Assembly (NCBI GenBank): GCA_030704615.1
Contig: CM060734.1
Span: forward strand, 18,228,001-18,292,000
Source of the DNA: Takakia lepidozioides
Taxonomy: Eukaryota > Plantae > Bryophyta
Reading direction: 5' to 3'
Length of the DNA: 64,000 bases
The notes under the pieces: model-generated
Databases searched by the model: none
What the model was told of the DNA's origin: nothing
Seen by the model: the letters and a program-made list of their open reading frames with translations, nothing else
Part shown: positions 12,380 through 26,450 of the stretch, one piece after another
How positions within the stretch are numbered: the stretch's first letter is position 1
How the letters are laid out: each line of letters starts with the position of its first letter
Made by a program: the position numbers and the translations under genes

Positions 12380-15300
12380 TACAGTCATTCAGTTTCTTGT
12401 AATTGACACAACTCTCAGTTTGCCAATTTTCTTTGGCACTATCACAATAGGTGGTAGCCAAGTTGTATACTCTATTGGGTATATGAATTTAGTTTCTGCC
12501 AGCTTCTTAATCTCTTCCCCAACCTTCTGTGCATAGTTGGGATTCATCATGTATCTTGCTTGCTTAATTGGTATTGAACCTGGTTCCAACTCAATTTTGT
12601 GTTGACAGATTTCAGGGGGTATTCCCTTCAGATCATCATAACTCCAAACAAATACATCTTTGTATTTAATAAATAAGCTCTTAGTTTCCTCAAAGAATTC
12701 AGGTTCCAAATCAGCTCCTACTTTAACCATTCTTGGTTCCTCCTCAGTTCCCACATTAACTTCCCTCACTTGCTCTTTAGCCGTGATGGTCCACCCAACC
12801 ACTATTTCATCCCGTAAACTAATTGTGGCTGGTTCCTCTAGGATTTCTATTTCTCCCTCTCTTTCCTCATAGCAATGTGGTGGGTAACTACTTTCTTCCT
12901 ACACTACTGGGGTTGCTATTACTGCTCCACAACATATTCCTTTGAAGCAACTTAGTCTCCCAGTTGCATCTCTGCAACCTGCTCCCACTCTAGGTGTGCA
13001 ACAAACAGGGTAGCCTCCTGCTCCTCATCAAGTCCTCCAGACCAATCATACTCTCTGACTCCACGAGGTCTCCTGGTAGCAGGTAGTCTACCGGACTTTT
13101 TGGTTGTAATCTGTATCTTGTGCTTATCATTGTGCACAGTAAGTAATTGGGAGTTCCAATCATGGAATACTCTGGCCTGTTTCAGCCATGGTCGTCCTAG
13201 TAACAAGGAATAAGCTTCCATGACATCATCCATCTTTAGTACAATCACCGTGATTTTTAAGAATCATCTTATGAATCTGTATCTTCACTCCCCTTATCAA
13301 ACCCAATGGCTGTACACTTATTTGATCTGCCATTATTACTATGAATGGAGCTAGCTTCATGTTGCTGAGACCTAGCTTCTGTCTTAGTTGGTCAGTCATG
13401 ATATTCATTCCTAATCCTCCATTAATTAGTACATCTGTCAAGACTGTACTTCCAATTTTCAATTGGATTACTGGCATGGAGTCATCATAATCCATGACTG
13501 TTTCCTGCCCTTCTGGCTTCACATTTTAACTTGTTACTCTGCTGCTCTTCTCTGTATTTCATGTTACTTGAGCAATCTGATTGATTTCCTGATACAGCCT
13601 GTGCCTACAGTGGGGTGCTACAGCTAGTAGTTGCCCAATTGTTATCTCTGCTTTTGACTGGCATATTACTTCAGCCAATTCTCCTTCAGCATGTAGCACT
13701 TTGTGAAGCATCATGCTTCAATGGTTCCTCATCATCATCTTCTTCTTCAGAGTCTGATAACTCTGCTATAGGGATCTCTGTATCTTTCTGCATTTCCCTT
13801 TATAGTTTGTGCTACCTCCTTGTGCAGTTCCTTCTCTTCCCTCCAGGCCTCATCATCTTTAGGCACATCACTGTCATCGTCATCGTCTTCTTCTTCTTCT
13901 TCCTCTGGGGGCAATAACTTAGCCTTACTTCTTGTAACTACCATGGTACTCACTTCTGGCAAGAAACATGGCATCACCATGTGAGCTGCTACTACTGGGC
14001 CCTCATTTATAGGAATTCTCATCTCATTCTGATGTCTAATCCATAATGGACATGTTGCCTTGTGATGTCCTGGTTGGTTACAATAGTAACACAATTCTTC
14101 ACCATTGGGTCCTCGCCCTTGCAGGTCCATTCTGGGATTATTTCTATAATCTTGATTCCCTGGCTGGTAATTCCCCATTGGATTATCCTGATAATTGCCT
14201 CTGGATTGCCTTGGTAATTCCCTCTTGGATTACCCCTTCCTGCCATGCCATTTTTATATCCCCCAGATCTTCCACGGTTACCCTGGTCATTGTTTGGCTG
14301 GGGTTGCACCTGATGCACTCCCATCTGTCTATTCTCCCTTGTTGCTGTCTTTTTGTTGTAGTAACAATTCCCAGTGGAATGGTTACTCATTTTATAGATA
14401 GCACAATGTTTCTCATTTATTTGGGATTCAGTTGTGGTATGGCCTTCATTTTGGCATTTTGCCGTGGGATGCTGGAAGCCGCAGAACAAAATCGATACGT
14501 GCCAGAAACCCCCATTGAAAGGCAGTGCAAACCTATTTATTGGCTTAAAATAAATTTAAATTCGATTAAAAATGTGGAATGGCTTGAGGGGGGAGCGCGT
14601 CGATGGGGAGGCAAATGATTTATTCGTCTGTTGTGTCTCCGCACATGTGTCGCACACGTGTTCGAGCACGTGCGGGCAAAAGAGGGGCTTCAACCACAAC
14701 CGTTCAATGGGTGCAATAGCCGTGCACGCATTGCAGGATTTCTTTTTCGCATTGAACAAAAACCAGATGACAAGTGAACGCCTCATTGGACAATGGAACG
14801 ATTTTCGATTGATCTCGTATTACACTGGGACGTATCAGAGGGTGTACATTGAACACACTGGCCAATGTTTGAAAGCGAACGAAAAATCATTTGGATGGGC
14901 AACCATCCGTTGGCCCATTGAACGAATTTCGATTGATCTCATATTACTCTGGGGCCTCTTACATGTCACATTGAACATAGTGGCCAAGTCTCAAAGCGAA
15001 CCAAATCATTTCGATGGCCAACCATCCGTTGAGCCATCGAATGAATTTTCGATTGATCTGATATTAGTCCGGGACCTGTGAGAGGGTGTCTGGAACGTGC
15101 TGGCAAAGTTTGGAAGCTAACAAAAATGATTTGGATGGGCAACCATCCGTTCACCCGTTGAATGTATTTTGTTGGAGCTGCTATTGCTTTGGGACCTGTT
15201 GGACTGTGTTTTGCGTGCTCACGATTTGTTTTTCATTCCGTTTTTGAATGGGGCGTGTAATGTAGCCATGTGCGTGCCAAATTTGGGAGCGATCAAAATT

Positions 15301-16485
15301 CATTTGGACCCAAAACCACAGTTTCTTCCCTGTTTTGCACTCCAAACTTGATTTGGCGTTCTACTTCATGCACTCTTCATAGAGAGTTCTGCAATAGTGA
15401 GCGAAAGAGAACACCTTTTTTGGGGGGGCATTTTTGATTGGTCCAAATTTTGGCGGGGGAGTAGCCGTGGGATGCTGGAAGCCGCAGAACAAAATTGAGC
15501 CAAAAACAAAATCGATACGTGCCAGAAACCCCCACTGAAACACCGGGCACCCTTCCTCCAGTGTGTTGCAGCTTCTGTAGCATATTTTCTCAATATCTAT
15601 TCCAGTCTTTTCTCATAATTATCTCTCTTTGTCTTCTCTTTTTTCTTGGACTTTTTCTTGTCCTCTTGCTCATCCTCTGACTCATCCTCAGAGTCGTCAT
15701 CATCATTTTTCTCAACCTTCCTTAGCATTTTCCCCAACTCTAGTCTCTTGGCTGTTTCACATGCCTCATCCAATGTATAATGTGGTAACATATCCACCTT
15801 TCTTTGTATCTCAGGTCTCAGGCCATTTACAAACCAGGTCTTTAGTAAATCTTGAGTGGCACATCAGTCAGTTTCCTGACCATTAATTCCATTTAGTATT
15901 CTTCAACAGTCTCATGCTTCTTTTGCTTCAACTGTTGTAAACTACTGTACACTTCTCCTGTAGTTTTGCTCGTCCTGAATTTGTCCGTGAATGCTGTTCT
16001 TAGAGCATTCCACTTTGCAAAATGGTTGTTAGGAAATCGAGCATACCACTCAATTGCTTTCTTGGTTGGTGAATAGGGGAATAATCTCAGCTTTACTGCA
16101 TCATCATTCTCATTGTTCACTATACACATACACTCATATTGATTGATGTGTACATCAGGATCCCCTTTCCCCGAATAGATTGGGAAAGGTGGTCTCATGC
16201 GTGTTGGAACTATTGCTGCCATTTGTTGTACTATCATCGGCCCTGTGGTTGGTGTTGGGCCAAATCCAGTTGTAGATCCCTGAGAAGTTGTAGTAGCCGC
16301 TGCTATTGTCACACTACTTCCCACACTCCTTGTCCCTCGAGAAGGCGATCCAAGCTGCCCGCCTAATCCCTCTGAACCGACACATTTGTTTGCCAGTGAT
16401 ACAAGCGTATCACTCGATCCTGCTACAATAGGTTTGGGTAATCCCAGTGGTAGTTTCAATAGTCGTTGTTGGTTCTACTTCCTCT
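12380..16485 (-). mobile_element. Degenerate Ty3/gypsy gag-protease-RT 5' fragment
   Basis: Gag (FPIYSGKGDPDVHI..LRLFPYS..WY), CCHC knuckle CYYCNQPGHHKATC, decayed protease (VLINGGLGMNIM..LLLGRPWL), RT start (PIVIVPKKIGKLRV). Many stops; no LTRs seen. Confidence 0.9.
14461..15540. repeat. ~1.0 kb repeat unit plus terminal redundancy, inserted in gypsy gag
   Basis: GCCGTGGGATGCTGG at 14461 recurs at 15464; three ~120-bp internal subrepeats. Confidence 0.9.
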
Positions 16486-17579
16486 TAAAATAAATTTAAA
16501 TTCGATTAAAAATGTGGAATGGCTTGAGGGGGGAGCGCGTCGATGGGGAGGCAAATGATTTATTCGTCTGTTGTGTCTCCGCACATGTGTCGCACACGTG
16601 TTCGAGCACGTGCGGGCAAAAGAGGGGCTTCAACCACAACCGTTCAATGGGTGCAATAGCCGTGCACGCATTGCAGGATTTCTTTTTCGCATTGAACAAA
16701 AACCAGATGACAAGTGAACGCCTCATTGGACAATGGAACGATTTTCGATTGATCTCGTATTACACTGGGACGTATCAGAGGGTGTACATTGAACACACTG
16801 GCCAATGTTTGAAAGCGAACGAAAAATCATTTGGATGGGCAACCATCCGTTGGCCCATTGAACGAATTTCGATTGATCTCATATTACTCTGGGGCCTCTT
16901 ACATGTCACATTGAACATAGTGGCCAAGTCTCAAAGCGAACCAAAATCATTTCGATGGCCAACCATCCGTTGAGCCATCGAATGAATTTTCGATTGATCT
17001 GATATTAGTCCGGGACCTGTGAGAGGGTGTCTGGAACGTGCTGGCAAAGTTTGGAAGCTAACAAAAATGATTTGGATGGGCAACCATCCGTTCACCCGTT
17101 GAATGTATTTTGTTGGAGCTGCTATTGCTTTGGGACCTGTTGGACTGTGTTTCGCGTGCTCACGATTTGTTTTTCATTCCGTTTTTGAATGGGGCGTGTA
17201 AGGTAGCCATGTGCGTGCCAAATTTGGGAGCGATCAAAATTCATTTGGACCCAAAACCACAGTTTCTTCCCTGTTTTGCACTCCAAACTTGATTTGGCGT
17301 TCTACTTCATGCACTCTTCATAGAGAATTCCGCAATAGTGAGCGAAAAAGAACACCTTTTTTGGGGGGGCATTTTTGATTGGTCCAAATTTTGGTGGGGG
17401 AGTAGCCGTGGGATGCTGGAAGCCGCAGAACAAAATCGATACATGCCAGAAACCCCCACTGAAAGGCAGTGCAAACCTATTTATTGGCTTAAAATAAATT
17501 TAAATTCAATTAAAAATGTGGAATGGCTTGAGGGGGGAGCGCGTCGATGGGGAGGCAAATGATTTATTCGTCTGTTGTT
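16486..17579. repeat. Second, circularly permuted copy of the ~1.0 kb unit
   Basis: TTAAAATAAATTTAAATTC at 16486 recurs at 17489; near-identical to 14546 onward. Confidence 0.9.
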
Positions 17580-17636
17580 GCCTCATTTTTCTTCTGCAAT
17601 TCTTAGACTGTATGCTAGGAGACTTGACTGTAGAAG

Positions 17637-20600
17637 ATGTTTGCATGCCTAACCGGAAAGGTGGACGTGCTGGAGGGATCGCAGGAATCCGAAGAGCCGC
17701 AGGCAGAGTCCGTGGAGCTAGCTGCAGCACGCACACCCAGCCGATCCACGAGCACGGGTCTTCCTGCCGGTCCTAGCCCTGTGCGTTTCAAGGACGCGGC
17801 TTCCAAGGGCAAGTCTTTGCAGTTCAAAGCCCCAGAGAGCGACTCGCCTTCAAAGGTCATGGAGAATCGCCAGCAGGGGTCTAGCCCTTCTCCAGCAAAG
17901 ACGAAGAAGAAGCAGCCCGTCCTTCAACTTGGTTCTGAACCGGACCAGGCCGTTTCCCCCCCACCCAGGCGAATGAAGCAGATTCAATTGCAGCAGACAC
18001 CTTCACCTGCAAGAATGAGGAAGCACAAGGCAATCAGGGGGAGGGCGGAGCAGTCTCCCACAAAACCGATTCCACGAGCTGAAGCCCAGTTCCTGCTTGA
18101 TTTCCAGCCTGCTGATGTTGGGGGCGTCTCTGCTGCAGCGAAGGCAATGGGATCGACCGTCGATCTGGTACCGGAGGAGGGTGCTGCCTCTCAACGTTCT
18201 CAGCAAGACCTGACCACAGTTGAGGAAGACCTGACCACTGAAGGCCTGGAGGAGGCCTCTGCGATTGCAAAATTGTTCGCAAAGATTCCCCAGAGTGCAA
18301 CTCCAGTTGGGGATGCTCAAGCTGCTCAGCCCCTGCCGCCACCAGCAGAAATGTCTCCGGAGGAATTCCAAAGTGCAGCGGATACAATGTTGGAGGAGAC
18401 ACATAGTAGCATTGGCAGAGTTCTGGGCAGCAGGGTATTCCAGCGGACTCTCCAAATCCCACTCTGTCGCATGGTCTCCCTTCCCATCGTCAGGTAGGCA
18501 CTTCCCGGAGCTGTGGATAAGCTCAAGTTCGCATTTCGAGAAGGGTACCGTCTAGGTTCGCCAGCCTTCTACGTTTCCCTTGAGAATGAGGACGGCGAAT
18601 CTTGTGGACCCACTGCGGATAAATTGTCAACATGGGATAGCCATTGGCACACTCGCAACGACGAATTTGAGGCAACACTGAAGGGTGATCCCGACTTTGG
18701 CCATATGTCGGGTAAAATGTTCTTTGTGTGGGACGGAAATCACCGACTTCTCACCTGGTGGGAGTACATCAAGCAGAACCATGCCAAGCACATTGGCTGG
18801 CATTACATGGTGGAGTGTGTCATCCTCAAGGTGAAGGCAGCAGACTCCTCCCTGCTCAAGAATGCCATGGCGGACCTCAACTCGTAAGATACTCATACCC
18901 TCCCAAGCACGTTCGAAATGCGGTGCCGCATTTCGGTTTCCAATCTGTTTTGTTTCCGTGCTTTCGTGGACTGAACTGGAGAGTGTGCCTTGCAGGGTCA
19001 CTGAAAATGCGTACGTGCATACCCACATGGCACATATGCTGTACAGGGTGAGGAAAACTGGTCTCACTGATCCGCACATGTTCGCGGAAATGCTGGAGCC
19101 CGAGCTCATTCAGAAAGTCGTAGCAAAAACTGACCGGACATGGTATCGTCTCACTATGGATGGAATGGTGGAGGTGATATACAAAGTAAGTCGTCCTCCC
19201 ATTTCCCTCTGCTCATCCTTCCCCAATTTCCGGTAATCTTTCCACATGAATTGAATGTTAGCTTCTGCATGTTTTTGTTGGCAGTCAAACATCAAGCTGG
19301 ATTTGGCCCATGCCAAACGCTTCTTCATGGAAAGTGAGGGGCAGGTCAAAACGTTGCAGTCATTGACTGAGCACTTGAAGGAAGCCGGGATCAAGACGGA
19401 ATGCCCACACGGGTCTGGAATTGGACAAACAACGATGTCTGTTTTCGAAATGCGGCGCCGCATTTTCATGTTGGGCAATCGAAAGTTTTTATAGGACATT
19501 GTAAGTTTTTATAGGACGATGGAATGCGGTGCCGCATTTCCGTCAAAGGGTCTGGAATTGGGCAAACAACGATGTCCGTTTTGGAAATGCGGCGCCGCAT
19601 TTCCATGTATGTCATCGAAATTTCTTATTGGACAATGGAATGCGGTGCCGCATTCCCGTCTAGCATCATGGAATGGGGAGCCCAAGAACGTCGATGGGTC
19701 TGCAGTTGGAAAAATGTCCATCTCCAAAAGGTAAATGCGGCACCGCATTTCCATGTTCGACCTCCGCCTTTCGATTTACATCCATGGAAGGAGCTGGCAA
19801 TCGGCAAAACTCCCGTGTCGGAAACAGAAATGCGGCACCGCATTTCCGTTCTTCCGAACAGTTTCTGATGTCCAAACCTTGAAACGGAAAATTGTTCTTG
19901 CCCCGGTTTTGGAAATGCGGTGCCGCATTTCCAAACGAGGTTTTTGCAGTTGCCACATTTCCGTTCAGACATTGAAATGCGGTGCCGCATTCCAGATTTT
20001 GGGAGGGACCAGGTTTGGACGATGTTGTCGTTGAGAGGCAAATGGGAGAGGGGACATGAAGGACGGGGAGAATTTCCTTTATATACTTTGGAATAGAATT
20101 TAAATGTATAGAGAGTTCATTAAAATTCTATTAATCTTGAAAATCATCACTATCGTCGTCTTGTCCTTGACTTTCCTGCTCTGCCTCCACCCCGTCGTTG
20201 CCTTTCTCATCTCCAGCGGACTGCTCGTTGGCCAGGCTTTCGAAAATCCCATCTTCACCTTGCGGAACCGACCATCTCACCTCCGTTGGCTCGTCGTCCT
20301 CCCTGTCTGCATCGCTCTCATCCGCTGAATCACATATGAACTTTCGCACCCGTCTACCTGTCTCTGCTGTTGCCAACTCTTTCCTTATCCTTTTGTCCTC
20401 CCTAGCCCTCTCCAAAATCTGCTCTACTTTACTGGGATTCTCACATCGTCTAATCGCTGTATTTGCGAGTTTAGCTGCATAACTAGGAAGAGAGTAGTCC
20501 TTCACCGAGCTCGTCATGAAGTCGGCCCTCGCAAAGAACGAGACATTCTTCCTGGCAGGAAGTGTAGGCCCTACATGTTTCGACCCGGATCCTGGAATCC

Positions 20601-23600
20601 TGCACATAACAATCACCAACGAGACCAATGAGAACCACAGTCCGGAAATGCATTTGACAAAAAATCACCCAGAAGGCTTTGCAAACTTACAATGTTTGCA
20701 CTCACTCGAAATACAAGTCAAATCTTGTGAAGCTGGTGGCCATTGCAGATCCGGCACTTGGAAAGGACTTCATCCCCGAGATTGCAAAACACTATTCTCA
20801 GGCCATGCAGCCGACCATGCAGTTGGAGAAACTGCATCACCTCTCAACGGCATGTGTTGAAGCGAAAGAGAAGGTGATGTTTCAATTCACTGAAGTTCCT
20901 TCCTAGCAATAGCCACTCTTCTTCCTGCTCCTGACATTGGATCGGAAATGGCAGACACGGTGGTTGTCGATCTGGAATGCATCGGAGAGTATAAGGACAA
21001 TGTGGTCTTCTCCACTCGAAGTTTCCGACCCTGCAGTGGATGTGTGGCTCAACCGCATGACTTGGTGGTTCTAGGTAATTCAAGGTACTTCCCCATATTT
21101 GCTTTTCTGAAATGAATTCCCTGAACTGCTACGTGACAATGCATGTGGGAATCGCAGATAATGACGAATGCGAAGGAGCAAGTCGTAATGCATACAAATT
21201 CGTTCGGCTTGTACGTCAAATGGGATGGAACACAGACATTGGAAGACTATGTGACACGTTTCAGATGTGCTTACAAGGACAACCTCTTCGCCAGGGAGCT
21301 GCAAATAGCAAGAAGGAGCGTGGAGTTTACACATCAGGAGGGAGCAGGAAAAGCTGCAATGCGAATTGTTTACAGGTGAAGCCCAGCTGTCCTTGTATGC
21401 AAAGCCTGGTAATGAGGTTTGTTTGGGAAATGCGGCACCGCATTCGCATTTTATGTTTTCGGTTGCACTCTGTGAGTACGTTGGTCTCAACTTTTGCTCA
21501 CGCATGCTGACTGCCCTGCAGGTATATGAAATACGTGCTTCTTTAGACAGGGGCCCTGGCTCAAGAGCCCCCGTTCTTCATGGCTTGGACCGTGGCGGGC
21601 CCAAGCTGTGTCTACACACCCGAGATGCAGAAACAATGGCATGCCGCGCATCTGGTTGGATGCCCGTGGTACCTGGACATGTCTGGCGGAATTGTTGACG
21701 AGTCTGAGAAAGATCTGCACGTGAAAGCAGAAGAGAAGAGAAAGGAAAACGTGTCCCTGCTCGGCCAAAGTCGGCAAAGGAAGCTGCTGCTCTGGAACAA
21801 TCCAGAAAGGCAGCTGAGATGGCACAGAAGACGGTGGATGCAGCTGTGCAGGCTCAACAGAAGGGGTCCAAGAAGCGGACTCGCCAGCAAGGAGCAGCAG
21901 TTGTGACACCCAAGAAAACGAAGAAGCAGAAACAGATAGTGCAGGTAGAGGGTGAGGAAGAGGACTCCGATGGAGACTTTGCAACCAGCCCACCCCCCGA
22001 GACGCAGCCGAAATCCCCTGTGCCCACGGTTGTCACGAGAGGGACGAGAACTGGCTCGGCAAAGAAGGCACTCTTCAACCCCCGGGGGGGCACCCTTTCG
22101 AGCCGGTGGAAATGAAGAGGCCGAAAGTGGATCCCGATACAGTAGTCCAGTGTGTGAATGAGGGTTTCTTGGCGGCTTTGGATGGACGGGCAGCCAAGTT
22201 GGCATACATGAAGACCATGGAGGGTCTGAAGGGCAGAGCACTGAAGAAGGCGGCTGCCGAAGAGCCTTCCGACACCCCTGGGTTTCTGAAGATGGTCTTG
22301 TTCTTTGAGAGGGTGTGTGCAGACAAGGATTGCAGGAGGGGCGGAAATGCCACCGAGTGGTCTTGCGATATGATCATCTTGGATATTCCGGACGGAGAGC
22401 CTGTGGAAGGACTGCAAGCTTTGCCATCTTGGAACAGGTACTCCGAGGACTTTTGGAAGAAAGGATTCGGGCTCGCCCGCATGGTGTTGGACGACAGAGG
22501 CTGTGTGGTTGTCCTGGCGAGCAGAGGCAAAAACACGCAGACAGGAATTGCGAAGTGGACCCGCAAGAGCGCCGTCCCAATTCTGAAGAAGAAGTGGACG
22601 TGCATCAACACATTGGGCCTTCGGTCGGAAGGAAAGAAGGTAATTATGACCTTGGCACTCAACCTTTCATTTTCTTAGGAGTTTTGAAATGCGGTGCCGC
22701 ATTCGATTTCTAATCGTTCCCCACTGTGTATGCAGACGAAGCAGTTCGATGCATACTGCTTTGTGAAGAAGAACTCGACCTTTGCTTTCCGGAAGGAGGG
22801 ATTGTTGGTTGACCCGAACTGCGACCCCATCGATTACGACGTCCTGTTCAACAATGTTCCCACGGAACTTCTCCCTCATAGCCTCACTTCAACTGAACCC
22901 CTGCGGTATTCACGCACTCGGAGCCCTGCCTTCATTCAGACAATTATGGAGACATGCACTGACGTGGAGGGCACAGTGCTCGACCTCATCTGTGGGACAG
23001 GTATGCAGAATCTTGTTGTATGCTATTCTGCAAACTCTCGTTATGCTTTCATTCGCAACATCTGAAGGGCCATGTCATAATGTGTGGATGGCATTGTAAC
23101 AGGTGCCTCAATGTGGGCTGGGCGGTTTTCCGACCGACACCTCTTTGCCTACAAGGAGGACACATCCGTCTGGGGATCCCATCTGGAAGGGCTGCAACGG
23201 AATGTGAAGGCTCCCATCGAAGCCAAGGACTCCTCGGATTTGTCGGAGTCGGAGGGAGAGACAATGGACATTGATGCCGAGGAGAACCCGCAATACGAGT
23301 GAGTGCAAACATTGTAAGTTTGCAAAGCCTTCTGGGTGATTTTTTGTCAAACGCATTTCCGGACTGTGGTTCTCATTGGTCTCGTTGGTGATTGTTATGT
23401 GCAGGATTCCAGGATCCGGGTCGAAACATGTAGGGCCTACACTTCCTGCCAGGAAGAATGTCTCGTTCTTTGCGAGGGCCGACTTCATGAGGAGCCCGGT
23501 GAATGACTACTCTCTTCCCAGTTATGCAGCTAAACTCGCAAATACAGCGATTAGACGATGTGAGAATCCCAGTAAAGTAGAGCAGATTTTGGAGAGGGCT

Positions 23601-23873
23601 AGGGAGGACAGAAGGATAAGGAAAGAGTTGGCAACAGCTGAGACAGGTAGACGGGTGCGAAAGTTCATATGTGATTCAGCGGATGAGAGCGATGCAGACA
23701 GGGAGGACGACAAGCCAACGGAGGTGAGATTGTCCGTTCCTCAAGGTGAAGATGGGATTTTTGAAAGCCTGGCCAACGAGCAGTCCGTTGGAGATGAGAA
23801 AGGCAACGATGGGGTGGAGGCGGAGCGGGAAAGTCAAGGACAAGACGACGATAGTGATGATTTTCAAGATTAA
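17637..23873 (+). pseudogene. Disrupted copy of the ParB-like/MTase-like gene
   Basis: Lacks exon 1; CAG>TAG at 18495; exon 4 split by a 1.3-kb inverted insert; frameshifts. Confidence 0.88.
19390..20708 (-). other. Inverted templated insertion of family B last exon plus part of palindrome array 2
   Basis: Reverse complement of ~41376-42694; replaces a few bp (TCCAGAA) of exon 4; short microhomology at the junctions. Confidence 0.9.
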
Positions 23874-24009
23874 TAGAATTTTAATGAACTCTCTGTACAT
23901 TTAAATTCTATTCCAAAGTATAGAAAGGAAATTCTCCAAGTCCTTCATGTCCCTCTCCCATTTGCCTCTCAACGACAACATCGTCCAAACCTGGTCCCCC
24001 CCAAAATCT

Positions 24010-25049
24010 GAAATTGCGGCACCGCATTTCAATGTCTGAACGGAAATGTGGCAACTGCAAAAACCTCGTTTGGAAATGGGGCACCGCATTTCCAAAAACG
24101 GGGGAACAGCAAGAACAATTTTCCGTTTCACGATTTGGACATCAGAAACAGTTCGGACAAACGGAAATGCGGTGCCGCATTTCTGTTTCCGACACGGCAG
24201 TTTTGCCGATTGCCAGCTCCTTCCAGGGATGTAAATCGAAAGGCGGAGGTCGAACATGGAAATGCGGTGCCGCATTTACCCTTTGGAGATGGACATTTTT
24301 CCAACTGCAGACCCATCGACGTTCTTGGCCCCCATTCCATGATGTTAGACGGGAATGCGGCACCGCATTCCATTGTCCAATAAGAAATTTCGATGACGTA
24401 CATGAAATGCGGCGCCGCATTTCCAAAACGGACATCGTTGTTTGCCCAATTCCAGACCCTCTGACAAAAATGCGGCACCGCATTCCATCATCCTCCAAAA
24501 AAACATTGTCCTATAAAAACTTTCGATTGCCCAACATGAAAATGCGGCGCCGCATTTCAAAAACAGACATCGTTGTTTGTCCAATTCCAGACCCGTGTGG
24601 GCATTCCGTCTTGATGGACGGAAATGCGACACCGCATTCCATTGTCCGATTCGATATGACAGACATGGAAATGCGGTGCCGCATTTCCAGAACTTCCATT
24701 GTTGTTTGTCCAATTCCAGACCCTTCGACGGAAATGCGGCACCGCATTCCATTGTGCTCTCCGGAAATGTTGTGCCGCATTTCATTGTCCGGTACGAAAT
24801 TTCGATGACGGACATGGAAATGCGGTGCCGCATTTCAAGTATGGACAGGACAAGCATTAGCGACTGGACATGCTTGGACAGTTCAAGGTCCAATATGGAA
24901 ATGCGGCGCCGCATTTCAAATTCGAAGTATGGTAATGCCATGTCAGGAAATGAAATGATGAACAACATTTCCGTTACGACGACAACGGAGGAAAGGGAGC
25001 TGCCAGAAATCGCTGCATGGAGAAAAATGAATTGCGGTGCCGAATTTCC
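24010..25049. repeat. Palindrome array 2, duplicate copy
   Basis: Repeated GGAAATGCGG-NN-CCGCATTTCC, matching 42090-43134. Confidence 0.95.
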
Positions 25050-25319
25050 GAGCTTCGGCGTGTACATGTTCCCACAACTCATACATGGATTTTCTTCACC
25101 TCAGGACTCTATATATCGCTGACTCTGGTATAGTCATATGGACAGACACATTGTACAAATGAGACCTCAAATTGTAACAGTAGGCCAATTACGGCAGTTC
25201 TTGAACACGATGAAAACAAGCACACAGAAGTGAGGTACGATGGGTGTTTTTTGATCGAAACACGGTGTCTCACTTTAGCAACTCCAGACAAATCTAAGCC
25301 TTCCCCTTCTACATGGGCG

Positions 25320-25900
25320 TCACAAGTCGACGGAACTTCGATAGCCCTCAAAACAAGCTCATTACTGATGCGGCACCCTCGAGGTAAACTGCAATGCGGT
25401 CGATCTGGTGCCCTTGGTGGAGCTGACGACAATGTCATGCCCATCAATCATACCACCATCATACATTGACAAGGTCACTGTGGGCCTCCTGTGCCCGTGC
25501 GATTTGTCTTCGCAACTCAGCCGAATGTCTCCATACACTGGAAAGCGCGAGTGAACTCCACGAATATAGTTTTCCCCGGTGCCGTCCTCCCTGGTCCACT
25601 AGCAGCAGTTCCAACGCCAAAGTGAGGCCGTGCGTGATCTGTCCGGCATCCCATTCCACCTTGGTATATCGATAGGTCAACAATTTTCAGGACCCAAGGA
25701 CCGCATTGACCCTCGCCCTCACCTCGCTCAAAGCGGTAATAGCCCTCCAGATACTCCATTTCGCGCAAAGACTCCAGCTTGATTCCAGAAGCGTCTGTGA
25801 AAACAGAGAGCCAGACAATGATGTCTCCTGATTCTGGTTTGAACATAGCATAATCGTGGCCATGATAAGGGCAGTCAGCAGGATTTCGGCGGCACGGCAT
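25320..25900 (-). pseudogene. Unknown family B cargo gene U1, duplicate copy (frameshifted)
   Basis: MPCRRNPADCPYHGHDYAMF..; matches 43411-43988. Confidence 0.65.
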
Positions 25901-26450
25901 CCCTGAAAAAGAGTAGGAAGTACGCTCAATGACAGCAGCTCCCGGATGAGGAGGCAGCAGCGCGGTGGCTGGAGAAATTCAAGCAAACGCTGCAATTCCT
26001 CACAAACACTCCAGGGCACATTTAAATTCCCCCCGACAGGAACCTGCACGGATGAAGATTGGCTCATCCATGAATGTAGCCGTTTCAGTTCCTTCCTTGC
26101 CATGCAAACTATGGCAGTAAGTGCCAGGTGGGCCTATAGCAACTCGAGACGACAAAGTCCATCCCCCCTTCAATGTAAATGCGGCGCCGAATTTCCATCC
26201 GGGGGATGGACTTCGGTGGCAAATTTCAAACTATACCCCTGGATGAGAAAGACGTATCGGTTCATCCACCGCTGGCGTGATGAACACGTTACACGATGAT
26301 TGGTGGGTACTTGTGACCCCAGATGCTCCATTATTGGAGCCCGCACTGCTCTTCCGCTTCTCATCATTTCGAAAATCTAAGGGCTTCGTTGCTGTCCGCA
26401 AGGTCATTGTCATCGGCATCAAAGACGTCCTCAGGTCCTCCTTTGCAAGG

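Noticed and set aside
14461-17579. 5S rDNA or other RNA-gene tandem unit
   Set aside because: No recognisable 5S, tRNA or snRNA sequence in the unit.
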